A stretch of 64,000 bases of DNA from Alphaproteobacteria bacterium RIFCSPHIGHO2_02_FULL_46_13 (GCA_001767915.1 MEMI01000027.1:4227-68226), one strand, 5' to 3'; positions 29,444-39,225 are shown, counted from the first letter of the stretch. Notes: generated by a model not told the origin, from the sequence alone. Program-made: numbers and translations.

Positions 29444-29516
29444 GGTTTGTCTTCCATATTAACTGGTTAGTACTTTCGCAAAAAGCGAAATTCTTCAGCG
29501 GAGTGTGAAGAAGCCA

Positions 29517-29630
29517 GAAGATGCCCAATAGTTTTTGAGCATCTTCGATATATTTGAGCTTCTTCGAAGGTGCTCAAAATAGGGAAGATGGCCACAGATT
29601 TGTGTTGGGCACATTTGGAGCATCTTTGAC
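29517..29630. repeat. iteron-like repeat cluster (candidate island replication origin)
   Basis: Copies: tttgagcatcttcga (29534-48), tttgagcttcttcga (29553-67), an inverted copy tcgaaggtgctcaaa (29564-78) and a degenerate copy tttggagcatctttga (29614-29). It also has gaagatgCCCA/gaagatgGCCA direct repeats and a tgcccaa/ttgggca inverted pair. Confidence 0.5.
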
Positions 29631-29635
29631 TACCT

Positions 29636-31534
29636 TTATTCATAGGAGCACATAGCCTCCAGCAGGTCTTCCTCCCCCACAGGTATAAAATCTGCATTGG
29701 AAGAAGAAGACTCCCACAACCAGCCGCCGCCGAATCCGATCTTCCGCGTTCTGATGCCTAACTCCTTTTGAGCACGCCGGATTGTGCTCCAGGAAAAACC
29801 CGCGTTTTCTGCTGAAGACTTAATCTCATTAACCGCAACCGGCCCTGAGCGTAGTTCTTCGCGCAAAAAATCACACGCTGCCATTCGCCCTGTATTTCGT
29901 GATTCTGGGTCACGCTCAGCCCGAGCCAGAATGTCCGCAGCCGTTCCAGAAATCGTATCCCCCCATTCGATGGAGGTTGCCTGAATATCACCTTCAATCT
30001 CTGTATTAGCCAGAGAAAACGTAAAGCCTCCTCCATCAAGCCCGAGGTTGCTTTTTACACGACAAAAGACACGCTCTCCTGTTTCTGCATCTCGAATGTT
30101 TGCGAAAGCAAGGCGAGCAACAGCACCAAAAGCTAGAGACCCTGTAAACCGATCCAAAGGTGCACGACCGCTTGTATTTTTGCTGAAGTGCGTTATGCCC
30201 CAAAGTGCTATTCCAAGTTCTTCAGCAAGATTGACCAAAGGTGCAAGCCCGCGACGGGTTTCAGAGTTTTTGTGACTGTCTCCGACGACCGCTTGCGTAA
30301 TTGGATCGACGATCAACAAAGCCGGACGCAATTTTCGGAGCGGTTCGATTAGCGCAAGAATGTCAGTTGCAGGATCAAAAGCCCTTTTGTGACCATCAGC
30401 TTTTACATCGCCGATGAAATGACAGTTTTGCCGATCAGCACCGGCAGCGATCAGTCGAGGTAAAAGCGTATCACGCACGCCATCTTCACCACTCCAAATC
30501 GCAATCGGTGCTTTTATCGCCCGCACTCCATCCGGCCATGTTCCACCAGCTGAAATAGTTGCGGCAAGTTTGAGTGCAACCGTTGTTTTAGCCGTACCAG
30601 CTGGCCCTCCATGCAAATGTAACTTGCCACGAGCAATGTATCCATCCCAAAGCCAGTTAATTTTTTCTGGAATAAGGCTCGCCGCAGAAATGAGATCAAT
30701 ATGCACTGAACTCCCGTTGTTTTCATCTGCGACAGCTCGTCTTGCTGACTCTATCGTTTGTATAATTTCAGTTTCATCGAAACCGGACGCGATCATGCCT
30801 GACAATATTGTGCGAATATCGTTTTCTGTACGTCCTTCCCGCAACAATTGGCATGCTGATGAGAAGGCTGTACTGTTGCGCGATCCCTCTTTGGCGTCTA
30901 AAGCCGCACTCAATGGCTGATGGTGAGGCTGAAAATCACCGCGTGTTTTTGCTTTATCTTTTTTGCGGGGAGGATCGTTTACAAGTCGTAATAAATCAGG
31001 AGGTGCTTCTGCAATCGTAGCTTTGGGATCAATCCATGAATAAATAGTGCCCGATAGGTGGCGGGAACCTGCGCTCACGACATAGCCGCCTTCAGCCTTA
31101 CAATCGACTTTCGGCAAAATTGGTCGTGATTTTATTGATGCACCTTCGGGGAGTTGAAAAAACATATGACGGCCGCGTCCTGTCCTGCACGTCAATGTTT
31201 CTGGCAAAATAGGGCAAGATTTTACCAGTGCTTCCTCACCCTCTAATCCGTCGATGTCAATGACGAAAACTTTAGACAGAGAACCTGTGGCAATCCCGAT
31301 ATTAAAATGTTCACGACTAGAGACTAACTCAATAAATCGACCAAGATCACATGTTGCGTCTTTCAATCCGTTTTGTGTTGCAGGATGTTTTCCCTGTCTG
31401 TTACAGGTTGATTTTCCGCATGTACAGTTTCCATCTTTTATGCCGTATAGTGGAAAAATATAAAACCCTCTAGCAAGCAACCCTTGTGCAGCATCACCAT
31501 GAGCCAATTCAAAATGAGAAATTGGATCAGACAT
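29636..31534 (-). CDS. bifunctional primase-polymerase (PrimPol) / RecA-like helicase (AAA_25/RepA-type) replication protein
   Basis: ORF 29636..31654. The ATG at 31534 overlaps the upstream stop codon (ATGTCTGA). The N-terminal PrimPol region has FPLYG...GKHP and VIDIDG. A Walker A (GPAGTAKTT) lies in the central domain, and the C-terminal tail is wHTH-like. Confidence 0.87.
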   Translation of the reverse strand: MSDPISHFELAHGDAAQGLLARGFYIFPLYGIKDGNCTCGKSTCNRQGKHPATQNGLKDATCDLGRFIELVSSREHFNIGIATGSLSKVFVIDIDGLEGEEALVKSCPILPETLTCRTGRGRHMFFQLPEGASIKSRPILPKVDCKAEGGYVVSAGSRHLSGTIYSWIDPKATIAEAPPDLLRLVNDPPRKKDKAKTRGDFQPHHQPLSAALDAKEGSRNSTAFSSACQLLREGRTENDIRTILSGMIASGFDETEIIQTIESARRAVADENNGSSVHIDLISAASLIPEKINWLWDGYIARGKLHLHGGPAGTAKTTVALKLAATISAGGTWPDGVRAIKAPIAIWSGEDGVRDTLLPRLIAAGADRQNCHFIGDVKADGHKRAFDPATDILALIEPLRKLRPALLIVDPITQAVVGDSHKNSETRRGLAPLVNLAEELGIALWGITHFSKNTSGRAPLDRFTGSLAFGAVARLAFANIRDAETGERVFCRVKSNLGLDGGGFTFSLANTEIEGDIQATSIEWGDTISGTAADILARAERDPESRNTGRMAACDFLREELRSGPVAVNEIKSSAENAGFSWSTIRRAQKELGIRTRKIGFGGGWLWESSSSNADFIPVGEEDLLEAMCSYE

Positions 31535-31904
31535 AGCGCATCCCTTCCTGTCCGATCCAAACGAAAAAAAGGCCATTCTTAGTTGGTGTTTGCGGAATTG
31601 TATTGGTGCAGATAATTTGACTACCGTCCGGCATGAGCGCGATAGGCATATCAAGTACTGCCATATACTGAAATTTTCTTCTATGAGCTACTGTCAGCAC
31701 CTCAGAGTAACATTCTTCAGTAAACTTCATAAACTCACGCCAGATGGCTTGAAATGCAGAAAGTCTATTTTTTTCATCAATGCGAATATGTTGGAAACCA
31801 ATATATTTCCGAATGTGCTTATGAATTTCTGTGCCGGATAGATGCTCAGGCTGAAGCAAAATGTTTTCTTTCAACTCGAACTGTTTTCTAGTATAGTATG
31901 ACAT
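31527..31904 (-). CDS. hypothetical protein
   Basis: 125-aa ORF, translationally coupled to the PrimPol-helicase gene through an 8-nt overlap. Confidence 0.6.
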   Translation of the reverse strand: MSYYTRKQFELKENILLQPEHLSGTEIHKHIRKYIGFQHIRIDEKNRLSAFQAIWREFMKFTEECYSEVLTVAHRRKFQYMAVLDMPIALMPDGSQIICTNTIPQTPTKNGLFFVWIGQEGMRYV

Positions 31905-31958
31905 AGCAAATATCTTTCTATGAGGTGTTGGCGCACCTCATTTTTCATTTGTTGAATA

Positions 31959-32150
31959 TTATTGAATTTGAAGGCGGCTTTCGACAAAAGTGAGTAAATC
32001 GCTTTCACGGTATTTGACCAAACGTCCTATTTTACAAAATGGTAGAGGGTATCTTTTGGTGCTTCTCCAAACTGATAATGTGCCCGGCTCTAGCCCCAAA
32101 AAATCTGCGGCTTCTTTTTCGCTATATAGCGTCTCTTTAATTCTGCTCAA
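31959..32150 (-). CDS. AlpA/excisionase-family HTH protein
   Basis: 63-aa ORF. EKEAADFLGLEPGTLSVWRSTKRYPLPFCKIGRLVKYRESDL matches the AlpA/Xis MerR-like HTH pattern. Confidence 0.8.
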   Translation of the reverse strand: MSRIKETLYSEKEAADFLGLEPGTLSVWRSTKRYPLPFCKIGRLVKYRESDLLTFVESRLQIQ

Positions 32151-32238
32151 TGCACACCTCCTGCATAACGGGTTATCTTCTTCCGTTTATACAGGTGAAT
32201 CTCAGTTAAAACAAATTAAGTTATTGATTTTAAATGAT

Positions 32239-32269
32239 AAAATAGAATGCGTAATATGCGTTCTATTTT
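32239..32269 (-). terminator. AT-rich hairpin overlapping the stop of the 255-aa gene (weak terminator candidate)
   Basis: aaaatagaa/ttctatttt 9-bp stem with a 13-nt loop. Confidence 0.35.
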
Positions 32270-33030
32270 TCTAGATTTTGTTTGAAATCCTTAAGTGCAT
32301 CCTTTGCAATTTTGACGTTCTGCATTTTAAATCCACATACTTTGCAGGATTCTTCATAAAGAAAAATATAAAGCCCGTTATCAGTTGAGGTGGGTTTCTT
32401 GTCGAAATATTTTATGTAAGTGCGGATGAGGTCTTGGGAAAATTTATAACGGGTATCTTGATTGCGAATATTCTTGCGACTTGTTGTGTTTTGGGTTTCT
32501 TCTACGAACGAAATTGCATCGTTTGATGCTTTTGTTGCCAAGGGGAGTAAGTTTTCAAAAAAATCAGCGATATTTTCCGCTTGATCGAAATTTAAAATCT
32601 CGTCTTCGCTATTTTTTTCGTTTAGATGTCTATAAATCGCGCTGATAAAATAACTTCTAAAAAAGGGGGTTATTTTAAAATCCTGCAATTTAGTCCTTAT
32701 TGGTGTGAGTTGTCTTAGGTTGCCGCCGCTAAGAAGTTGCATATTGTTTTTAGAGAACAACATGCGTGTCATTGCCTTTAACAGGGCCTTCTCAAATGAT
32801 TTAAGGCGGGTGTCATCTATGTCGAGTTTTCCTAAAATCCCATCCTTAATTTTCTTCCAAAAGTCGCTATTGGATTTCAGGAGCGTATATTCGGCCAATT
32901 TGCTTGGATCACCTGTTAGAACATAATCGTTGTAACCTTCAGGCCATGCAGTTTTCTTATGGGCTTGCAAACCTTCTGGTGTGAATTGTGCTTTATATTT
33001 TAAAACATAATCATCATCCATTGCGCCCAC
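32263..33030 (-). CDS. hypothetical protein
   Basis: 255-aa ORF. Its start overlaps the integrase stop by 17 nt. No domain recognised. Confidence 0.6.
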   Translation of the reverse strand: MGAMDDDYVLKYKAQFTPEGLQAHKKTAWPEGYNDYVLTGDPSKLAEYTLLKSNSDFWKKIKDGILGKLDIDDTRLKSFEKALLKAMTRMLFSKNNMQLLSGGNLRQLTPIRTKLQDFKITPFFRSYFISAIYRHLNEKNSEDEILNFDQAENIADFFENLLPLATKASNDAISFVEETQNTTSRKNIRNQDTRYKFSQDLIRTYIKYFDKKPTSTDNGLYIFLYEESCKVCGFKMQNVKIAKDALKDFKQNLEK

Positions 33031-34324
33031 CGTTTCCCGCGTTGCTGATTGCTGAACTTGCCAACTGGACGGACTCCCTCACAGGATCAAGATCGAGCCG
33101 CGCATAAACGGCGGTGGCTTGCTGGCTTTTGTGTCCGAGGGATTTTCCAATGACATATTGGTTTGCACCGGCAGCGGCCTGAAAACTGCCCAATGTACGG
33201 CGTAAGTCATGAATGCGAATATCCATTAATCCCGTTGGCAATTCAACTTTTTGCTTTTTAGCGAGGCTTTCAATCGCCGCATACAGAATGTGATCGTATT
33301 TGATGTTATTGGTCTGTTTAATTGCTTCACTGACCAGCGGGGCAATATGCTCGTGGGCTTGCCAGAACTTGATTGTGGCGTTAGTCAGGATGCGTTTCCA
33401 CGGCTTTTTAGGATCTGCAAGATGTCCGTCTGTCTTCTCGCTAGGGAATACCCATTTTTGGTTTGTCTTCTGTTGTCGACGTTTTAGAATGTCATCGGCT
33501 TCTTTGGATAGGGCGATGGTTAGAGAGTCTCCATTCTTTGTTTCAGGAATGCGCCATTCTAATTGTTGGAAGTCAATTTCAATCCAGCGCATAGATAATA
33601 CGTTTGATTTCCTTGCTCCAGTGTAAAGTGACATGAGGATGTAATCGCAAGCCGTCTCATTTTCTTCTTCGCTTAAGGCCTCAAAGAAGTAGGGGAGTTC
33701 GCTTGGTTTTAAAAAGCGGTCGCGTGACTTTTCCTTAAATTTCTTTATTCCTTGCGCTGGATTAGAGCCTTGCCAACCCCATTCAATCGCTTTGTTGTAA
33801 ATAGCGCGGATACGCTCCAAAAGCCTGTTTGCTTGATAGATGCCATTTTCAGTAGCAACCTTATCATGTTGCCGTTGTACTTCGTCGCGGCCTATAGAGG
33901 ACAGCTTGCGATTAAACCAATGTGGCAGGAATTTATTGATTTCCCGTTCATCATATTCCCATGATCGTTTATGCTTTTTGCTGTAACGCTCCATATAATC
34001 TTTGAACATATCACCAAAGGTAATTTCTGCCTTTATACGTTGTTTTTCAATATTTGGATTAGTCCCTTTTGAAATGAGGGCACTTACTTCCTCAGCCTTT
34101 ATTCTCGCATTCTCGATTGACCAGTCTTGCACGTCTCCGATGGTATAGCGGATGGGTCTACCGTTCATCTTGCGATAAACCTTATATGTTTTCTTGCCTG
34201 TGTCTGTGACTTCCAGTCGCAAAGCTTTTGTGCGTGTGTCTTGGTATTGGTTGCGATTACCACTTGCTGCAGCGGGAAGGGATTCGATGGTTTTCTTTGT
34301 AAAATTGAGTTGTTGAGTTGCCAT
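33014..34324 (-). CDS. int: tyrosine recombinase / P4-type integrase
   Basis: 436-aa ORF with a DUF4102-like arm-binding N-terminus and the catalytic residues HDLRRT...LGH...Y (IHDLRRTLGSF, LGHKSQQATAVYARL). Confidence 0.93.
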   Translation of the reverse strand: MATQQLNFTKKTIESLPAAASGNRNQYQDTRTKALRLEVTDTGKKTYKVYRKMNGRPIRYTIGDVQDWSIENARIKAEEVSALISKGTNPNIEKQRIKAEITFGDMFKDYMERYSKKHKRSWEYDEREINKFLPHWFNRKLSSIGRDEVQRQHDKVATENGIYQANRLLERIRAIYNKAIEWGWQGSNPAQGIKKFKEKSRDRFLKPSELPYFFEALSEEENETACDYILMSLYTGARKSNVLSMRWIEIDFQQLEWRIPETKNGDSLTIALSKEADDILKRRQQKTNQKWVFPSEKTDGHLADPKKPWKRILTNATIKFWQAHEHIAPLVSEAIKQTNNIKYDHILYAAIESLAKKQKVELPTGLMDIRIHDLRRTLGSFQAAAGANQYVIGKSLGHKSQQATAVYARLDLDPVRESVQLASSAISNAGNGGRNG

Positions 34325-34487
34325 TTTCGGGATACCTTGGGGCTACCATTTTTATCTATTTTCGTTATAAATGGTAAAGGTAAATTAAGTCAATGGCAAG
34401 TGAATTGTTGCTCTAAGTATATGTTTTATATATAAAAAACAAACCTCATATCTTTTTGTTAAGATTGGTAAAAATAATTGGCTCTGT

Positions 34488-34537
34488 GGCTCATAACCTG
34501 AAGGTCGTCAGTTCAAATCTGGCTCCCGCAACCAATA
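34488..34537 (+). repeat. attR: 50-bp direct repeat (displaced tRNA-fMet 3' part)
   Basis: Identical to 24137..24186. It lies 163 nt from the integrase start codon. Confidence 0.9.
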
Positions 34538-34755
34538 TTTTTTAATCAAATCAAAAGTTGTAAGATTTTTTAAGGGCGCTTTTCTGGCGCCTATAATTCT
34601 GTTGTCCACACACTGTTCGCAGAATTTTTAGGCCACTTTCCTCCAATCAACAATATCGTTAGACGGCCCAGATTAAAAATGTAGATTTAGGGATAATTAA
34701 AAGTGTCGAATACACGTGAAGACCTAGTTGGTTTTAGATGGAATATAGCAAATAA

Positions 34756-34971
34756 ATTACGCTGACATTATCACCTCCCTCAATATCGCAGAGTAATGCT
34801 TCCTATGGCCATTTTGTGTTTGAAAAGATGCTGGGGGGACTCTTTATCGAACATATGGAGGGCAATAAGGAAATCTTTGCTGAGGTCATGAATGATCCAG
34901 CCTTCCGTAATATGGCCGCAGGGGACCTTGTAAGGCAAATATATGGCAAAATTAGAGATGAGGGACTGTAA
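34756..34971 (+). pseudogene. C-terminal remnant of a type I restriction enzyme R subunit (HsdR)-like gene
   Basis: An open frame without a proper start ends ...FVFEKMLGGLFIEHMEGNKEIFAEVMNDPAFRNMAAGDLVRQIYGKIRDEGL*. From memory this resembles the conserved HsdR C-terminal tail (FIERM..NEEIF...MND..F). Confidence 0.4.
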
Positions 34972-35123
34972 TCATGAGCAAATTAGAAAAATATGCGGAA
35001 AAGATATTCTATAAAATTCATTGGTGATATTGTTATAAAATTGTAAATTTAAGTACCAATTTTATACTAGGCAGTCCTAATACTAATATGTCTAAAATGT
35101 ATCGATAAGTGAGCCTGTTTGTG

Positions 35124-35801
35124 ATGAGAATACTTTTAGTTGAAGACGATACGCAGGTTTGTGATTTTATCAAAAAAGGTCTTGTTGAGGCAGGGCATAT
35201 TATTGATATTAAATTCAATGGTAAGGACGGATTGAGTGCTGCGCAGAATAGATTCTATGACGTTATTATTTTGGATAGAATGTTGCCTCAACTGGATGGT
35301 ATTAGTATTATTCAAACACTTAGGGTTGATGGTAATTCAACCCCAATTATTATTTTGAGTGCGCTGGCGGATGTGGAAGACCGTGTTCTAGGGCTTAAAA
35401 GCGGGGGGGATGATTATCTTGTGAAACCTTTTGCATTCGCAGAACTTCTGGCACGTGTTGAGATATTAGGACGACGCAATACCTTAATAAATGACCAGCC
35501 ATCCAAACTTAAAGCGGGGCAACTTGAATTGGATTTAATCACAAGGCTCGTGTCGCGCGAGGGACGGCTGATTGAGTTACAGGCGAGGGAATTCAAGTTG
35601 CTTGAGTATATGTTGCGTCATAAAAATCAGGTGATTACGCGTGCGATGCTTTTGGAAAATGTATGGGACTACCATTTTGATCCGCAAACAAATGTAATTG
35701 ATGTGCATATTTCAAGATTAAGAAATAAGGTGGATAAAGATTTTGAAACCCAAGTTATAAGGACAGTACGTGGATCCGGTTACATTATTCAAGACGAATA
35801 A
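35124..35801 (+). CDS. OmpR-family response regulator
   Basis: MRILLVEDD, the receiver Asp in ILDRMLP, and a winged-helix output domain (RVHISRLRNKV...IRTVRGSGY). The ORF track opens at GTG 35109. Confidence 0.92.
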   Translation: MRILLVEDDTQVCDFIKKGLVEAGHIIDIKFNGKDGLSAAQNRFYDVIILDRMLPQLDGISIIQTLRVDGNSTPIIILSALADVEDRVLGLKSGGDDYLVKPFAFAELLARVEILGRRNTLINDQPSKLKAGQLELDLITRLVSREGRLIELQAREFKLLEYMLRHKNQVITRAMLLENVWDYHFDPQTNVIDVHISRLRNKVDKDFETQVIRTVRGSGYIIQDE

Positions 35802-37113
35802 GCGCGGTTATTTTAGAAGTTCCAGCTTCGTCATGGCGCTTTTGTTTACTGTCATATTAGGTCTGGCTTCAGGTATTCTTGGCTATTCTGGATATTACCT
35901 TAACCGAAATCATTTTATCCTCGGGATGGAAGAGATTTTGGATACAGAATATCATTATCTGAAAGGTGCTGAAAACCGTGGACAATTACAGGTTATATTA
36001 AATGAACAATTGCAGAATCCAAACCGCATTTATTTGCTGACGCGCGATAAAAATCTCTTTGTGGCTGGAAATATAACTTCTTATCCTGCGGAGGCACAGC
36101 AGCTTAAAGACGGCCTGATTTATTTCACCCAAGAGAATACAGAAAATATATACGCGGCAAAATCTTATGAATTAGGCAATCGGTTGACTATTCTCATTGG
36201 GTCAAATATGTCCGATCTTATCTATACAGAACGAGTTATTTTGTGGATGGGGGCAGCAACAATTTTATTAATGATGCTTGTTATTATTGTGAGTTACCTG
36301 ATTAGCACATTTGTTGTCAGTCGAACCAACCATATCGCCGAAACGGCCAGAACGATTATGGAGACGGGTGATCTCTCCCGCAGGATTATCATTGATTCAA
36401 GATGGGATGATTTAAGCAATATGGCCTTTGTTCTGAATAATCTTTTGGGACGTATTGAGGAGTTAATGTCGGGAATTCGGCGTGTTGCAGATAATATCGC
36501 ACATGATTTGCGTACCCCTTTGACACGTCTTCGTAATAACTTGGAAATATTGAATAAGAATGATCAGTATAATAGAGTTGAGACTCTCATAAATGATGCT
36601 GATCATATCCTATCGACTTTTCAGGCTGTCTTGCGGATTAGTAAAATTGAAAATGCTCCATCTAAAGAACATTTCAAAGGTTGTGATCTAAAAGAAATTT
36701 TAAATGATGTGATTGAATTATATGACCCATTGGCGATTGAAAAATCAATTCGCATCCAATCTGATATGGTGCCGTCAGCACCTTATTTCGGAGATGCGAA
36801 TCTGCTCTTCCAGATGTATGCCAATCTTTTGGACAACGCGCTCAAGTTCACGCCCGCAGGTGGCGATATTCAAATTTCGCTTGCCCAGAATGAGCAGCAG
36901 AAATATTTAACAGTCATTCAGGATAGTGGCATAGGTATCCCCGAGGAAGACCAGAAATATGTTTTTGATAGGTTCTATCGTGGAGAGAAAAGTCGTTCAT
37001 CAGAGGGAAATGGGCTTGGGCTTAGTCTGGTTCAGGCTGTTGTACAACTCCATAGCGGTCGGATTTCCTTGGAAAGCCATGAAAAAGGGCTTGGTGTTAT
37101 TATAACTCTCTGA
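35770..37113 (+). CDS. sensor histidine kinase (2 TM, HAMP, HisKA, HATPase_c)
   Basis: 447-aa ORF with H-box AHDLRTPL, N-box LLDNALKFT and G-boxes DSGIGI/GNGLGLS. The start may instead be the ATG at 35833. Confidence 0.9.
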   Translation: MDPVTLFKTNKRGYFRSSSFVMALLFTVILGLASGILGYSGYYLNRNHFILGMEEILDTEYHYLKGAENRGQLQVILNEQLQNPNRIYLLTRDKNLFVAGNITSYPAEAQQLKDGLIYFTQENTENIYAAKSYELGNRLTILIGSNMSDLIYTERVILWMGAATILLMMLVIIVSYLISTFVVSRTNHIAETARTIMETGDLSRRIIIDSRWDDLSNMAFVLNNLLGRIEELMSGIRRVADNIAHDLRTPLTRLRNNLEILNKNDQYNRVETLINDADHILSTFQAVLRISKIENAPSKEHFKGCDLKEILNDVIELYDPLAIEKSIRIQSDMVPSAPYFGDANLLFQMYANLLDNALKFTPAGGDIQISLAQNEQQKYLTVIQDSGIGIPEEDQKYVFDRFYRGEKSRSSEGNGLGLSLVQAVVQLHSGRISLESHEKGLGVIITL

Positions 37114-37195
37114 AGATTACAAATTTTTAATTATCCATATCGCTCTGTATGCCCTAAACTCTCTGTATCAGCATTTATAGGGTGGTAGAATAGTC

Positions 37196-38443
37196 ATGAA
37201 AATCGCGATCATTGGAACAGGTATATCTGGGCTGAGTGCTGCATACGCCCTCAATGCTGCCCATGATATTACAGTTTATGAACGTAATGCCTATGTCGGC
37301 GGGCATAGTCGTACCATTGATATTCAAATAGATGAAAAAAGCGTTCCGGTTGATACGGGATTTATTGTTTATAACGAGAGGAATTATCCGCTCCTTGTAA
37401 GGTTGTTTAAGCAATTAAATGTTCCAGTCATCAAAAGCGATATGTCTTTCGGAGTAAGTGTTGCCAAAGGATGGCTTGAGTACGGTAGTAAAAATATGTT
37501 GGCACAGCCGAGCAACATTTTCCGTCCAGCATTTTGGGGGATGATATTTGATATTATTCGTTTTAACCGTGTTGCTGATAGAAGTCCTGAATTATGCGAG
37601 GGGAAGTCTCTCGGGGAGTTTCTCGATCTTCTCAACATGGGGGCATGGTTTAAAACTTATTATCTTCAGGCAATGGGTGCCGCGATTTGGAGTTGCTCGG
37701 TCGAGACGATTTTATCTTTTCCTGCAAAATCATTTGTGACATTTTTTAAAAACCATGGGCTTTTGACTGTAAACGATCATCCTCAATGGTTTACCGTTGA
37801 TGGCGGGAGCAGGGAATATGTTGCGCGGCTGACAGAAAGCTTTAGAAATAAAATCAGATTCCTGACGCCTGTCGTGTCAGTAAAGCGTGTTGATGATAAG
37901 GTCATAGTCAAAGATATTTCGGGTCATGAAGAGCAGTATGATCAAGTTATATTTGCCTGTCATGCTGATGAAGCATTAAAAATGATTCAGGATGCGAGTA
38001 TCGAAGAAAAAGATATTTTAGGAGCGTTCGGATATCAGAGTAACCGTGTTGTTGTTCATTCTGATACAAGTTTTATGCCGCAACGTAAGGGGGCGTGGGC
38101 GAGTTGGGTTTATTTGTCTGATTCTACAATTGATAAGCAACCATCTGTGTCGCTCAGCTATTGGATGAATAATTTGCAAAATTTAAAGACCGATGTGCCG
38201 ATTATAGTGACGCTTAACCCTGCACGAGAGCCTTCAAAAAATGTCATCTATGATGATCATCATTTTATGCACCCTGTTTTTACCAATGAAACATACGCCG
38301 CGCAAAATAAAATTTCTGATATTCAGGGGGTTAATAAATATTGGTTTTGTGGCGCATACCAACGATATGGATTTCATGAGGACGGATTATTAAGTTCCGT
38401 CAAAATGGTTCAAAAAATGGGAATTGATGTGCCATGGGCGTGA
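37196..38443 (+). CDS. NAD(P)/FAD-dependent oxidoreductase (COG2907, amine-oxidase-like)
   Basis: 415-aa ORF with the dinucleotide motif IAIIGTGISGLSAAYAL. Confidence 0.87.
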   Translation: MKIAIIGTGISGLSAAYALNAAHDITVYERNAYVGGHSRTIDIQIDEKSVPVDTGFIVYNERNYPLLVRLFKQLNVPVIKSDMSFGVSVAKGWLEYGSKNMLAQPSNIFRPAFWGMIFDIIRFNRVADRSPELCEGKSLGEFLDLLNMGAWFKTYYLQAMGAAIWSCSVETILSFPAKSFVTFFKNHGLLTVNDHPQWFTVDGGSREYVARLTESFRNKIRFLTPVVSVKRVDDKVIVKDISGHEEQYDQVIFACHADEALKMIQDASIEEKDILGAFGYQSNRVVVHSDTSFMPQRKGAWASWVYLSDSTIDKQPSVSLSYWMNNLQNLKTDVPIIVTLNPAREPSKNVIYDDHHFMHPVFTNETYAAQNKISDIQGVNKYWFCGAYQRYGFHEDGLLSSVKMVQKMGIDVPWA

Positions 38444-39225
38444 TTTCTGATGTTAAAATTTTGAATGCACAGGTGATGCATCACAGATTAAAACCGAAGC
38501 AGAATAAATTTTTGTATTCTGTTTATTATTTGTCTTTGCCATTCATATCTCTGGATATACGCGGCGGTAATTGGCTTTTGGGCTTTAATCGTCCAAGCTT
38601 ATTTAGTTTTTATGCTAAGGATCACGGTGAGCGCGGGACCGTACTCAAAGACTGGGTGCTGGGGTTATTGGCAGAGGCGCGTATAGAAAATGCCGATATG
38701 AATGCTATCCGCCTGATAACCATGCCACGTATTTTGGGGTATGTATTTAATCCTGTCAGTTTCTGGATCGTTCCTGATGATGCTGGAAATATAATTGCAG
38801 TCATTTGTGAAGTTAACAACACATTTGGGGAGCGACATATCTATATTTGTACTCAAGCAGACGGTAATGTCATTTTGCCTTCTGATGTGCTTGTGGCTAA
38901 AAAAATATTCCATGTCTCTCCATTTCTTCAAAGAGAGGGCGAATATAAATTCAGATTTTCATACAAGGAAAATTTCTTTGCGGCTTTTATTGATTATATG
39001 GATGACCAATCAGAAGCAATGTTGTTGACCTCTGTGTCAGGCAAGATGAGGGATGCGAGCGCAAAGAATTTATTAGGTTCTTTCTTTCGTTACCCGTTTA
39101 TGACCTTAAAAGTGATTTCTTTAATTCATTGGCAGGCGCTCGTTATATTCTTAAAGGGCATTAAATATGTCCCCAAACCACTGCAAAGTTCTCAGAAACA
39201 TTCATTTATAAAAACACATTCATAA
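38434..39225 (+). CDS. DUF1365 family protein
   Basis: 263-aa ORF. The N-terminus VMHHRLKPKQNKFLYSVYYLSLP is typical of DUF1365. It overlaps the upstream gene by 10 nt. Confidence 0.83.
   Translation: MGVISDVKILNAQVMHHRLKPKQNKFLYSVYYLSLPFISLDIRGGNWLLGFNRPSLFSFYAKDHGERGTVLKDWVLGLLAEARIENADMNAIRLITMPRILGYVFNPVSFWIVPDDAGNIIAVICEVNNTFGERHIYICTQADGNVILPSDVLVAKKIFHVSPFLQREGEYKFRFSYKENFFAAFIDYMDDQSEAMLLTSVSGKMRDASAKNLLGSFFRYPFMTLKVISLIHWQALVIFLKGIKYVPKPLQSSQKHSFIKTHS

Noticed and set aside
29467-29697. A 76-aa minus-strand ORF between the PrimPol-helicase gene and the 131-aa gene.
   Set aside because: It overlaps the 3' end of the replication gene. Its body coincides with the iteron-like direct and inverted repeats, and it has no RBS or motif. 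Repeat DNA is the better explanation.
37186-37198. TAGAAT 4 nt upstream of the ATG of the oxidoreductase gene, suggesting a leaderless mRNA.
   Set aside because: A GGTGG Shine-Dalgarno-like element lies 10 nt upstream of the ATG, so a conventional leader is equally possible. This cannot be decided from sequence.
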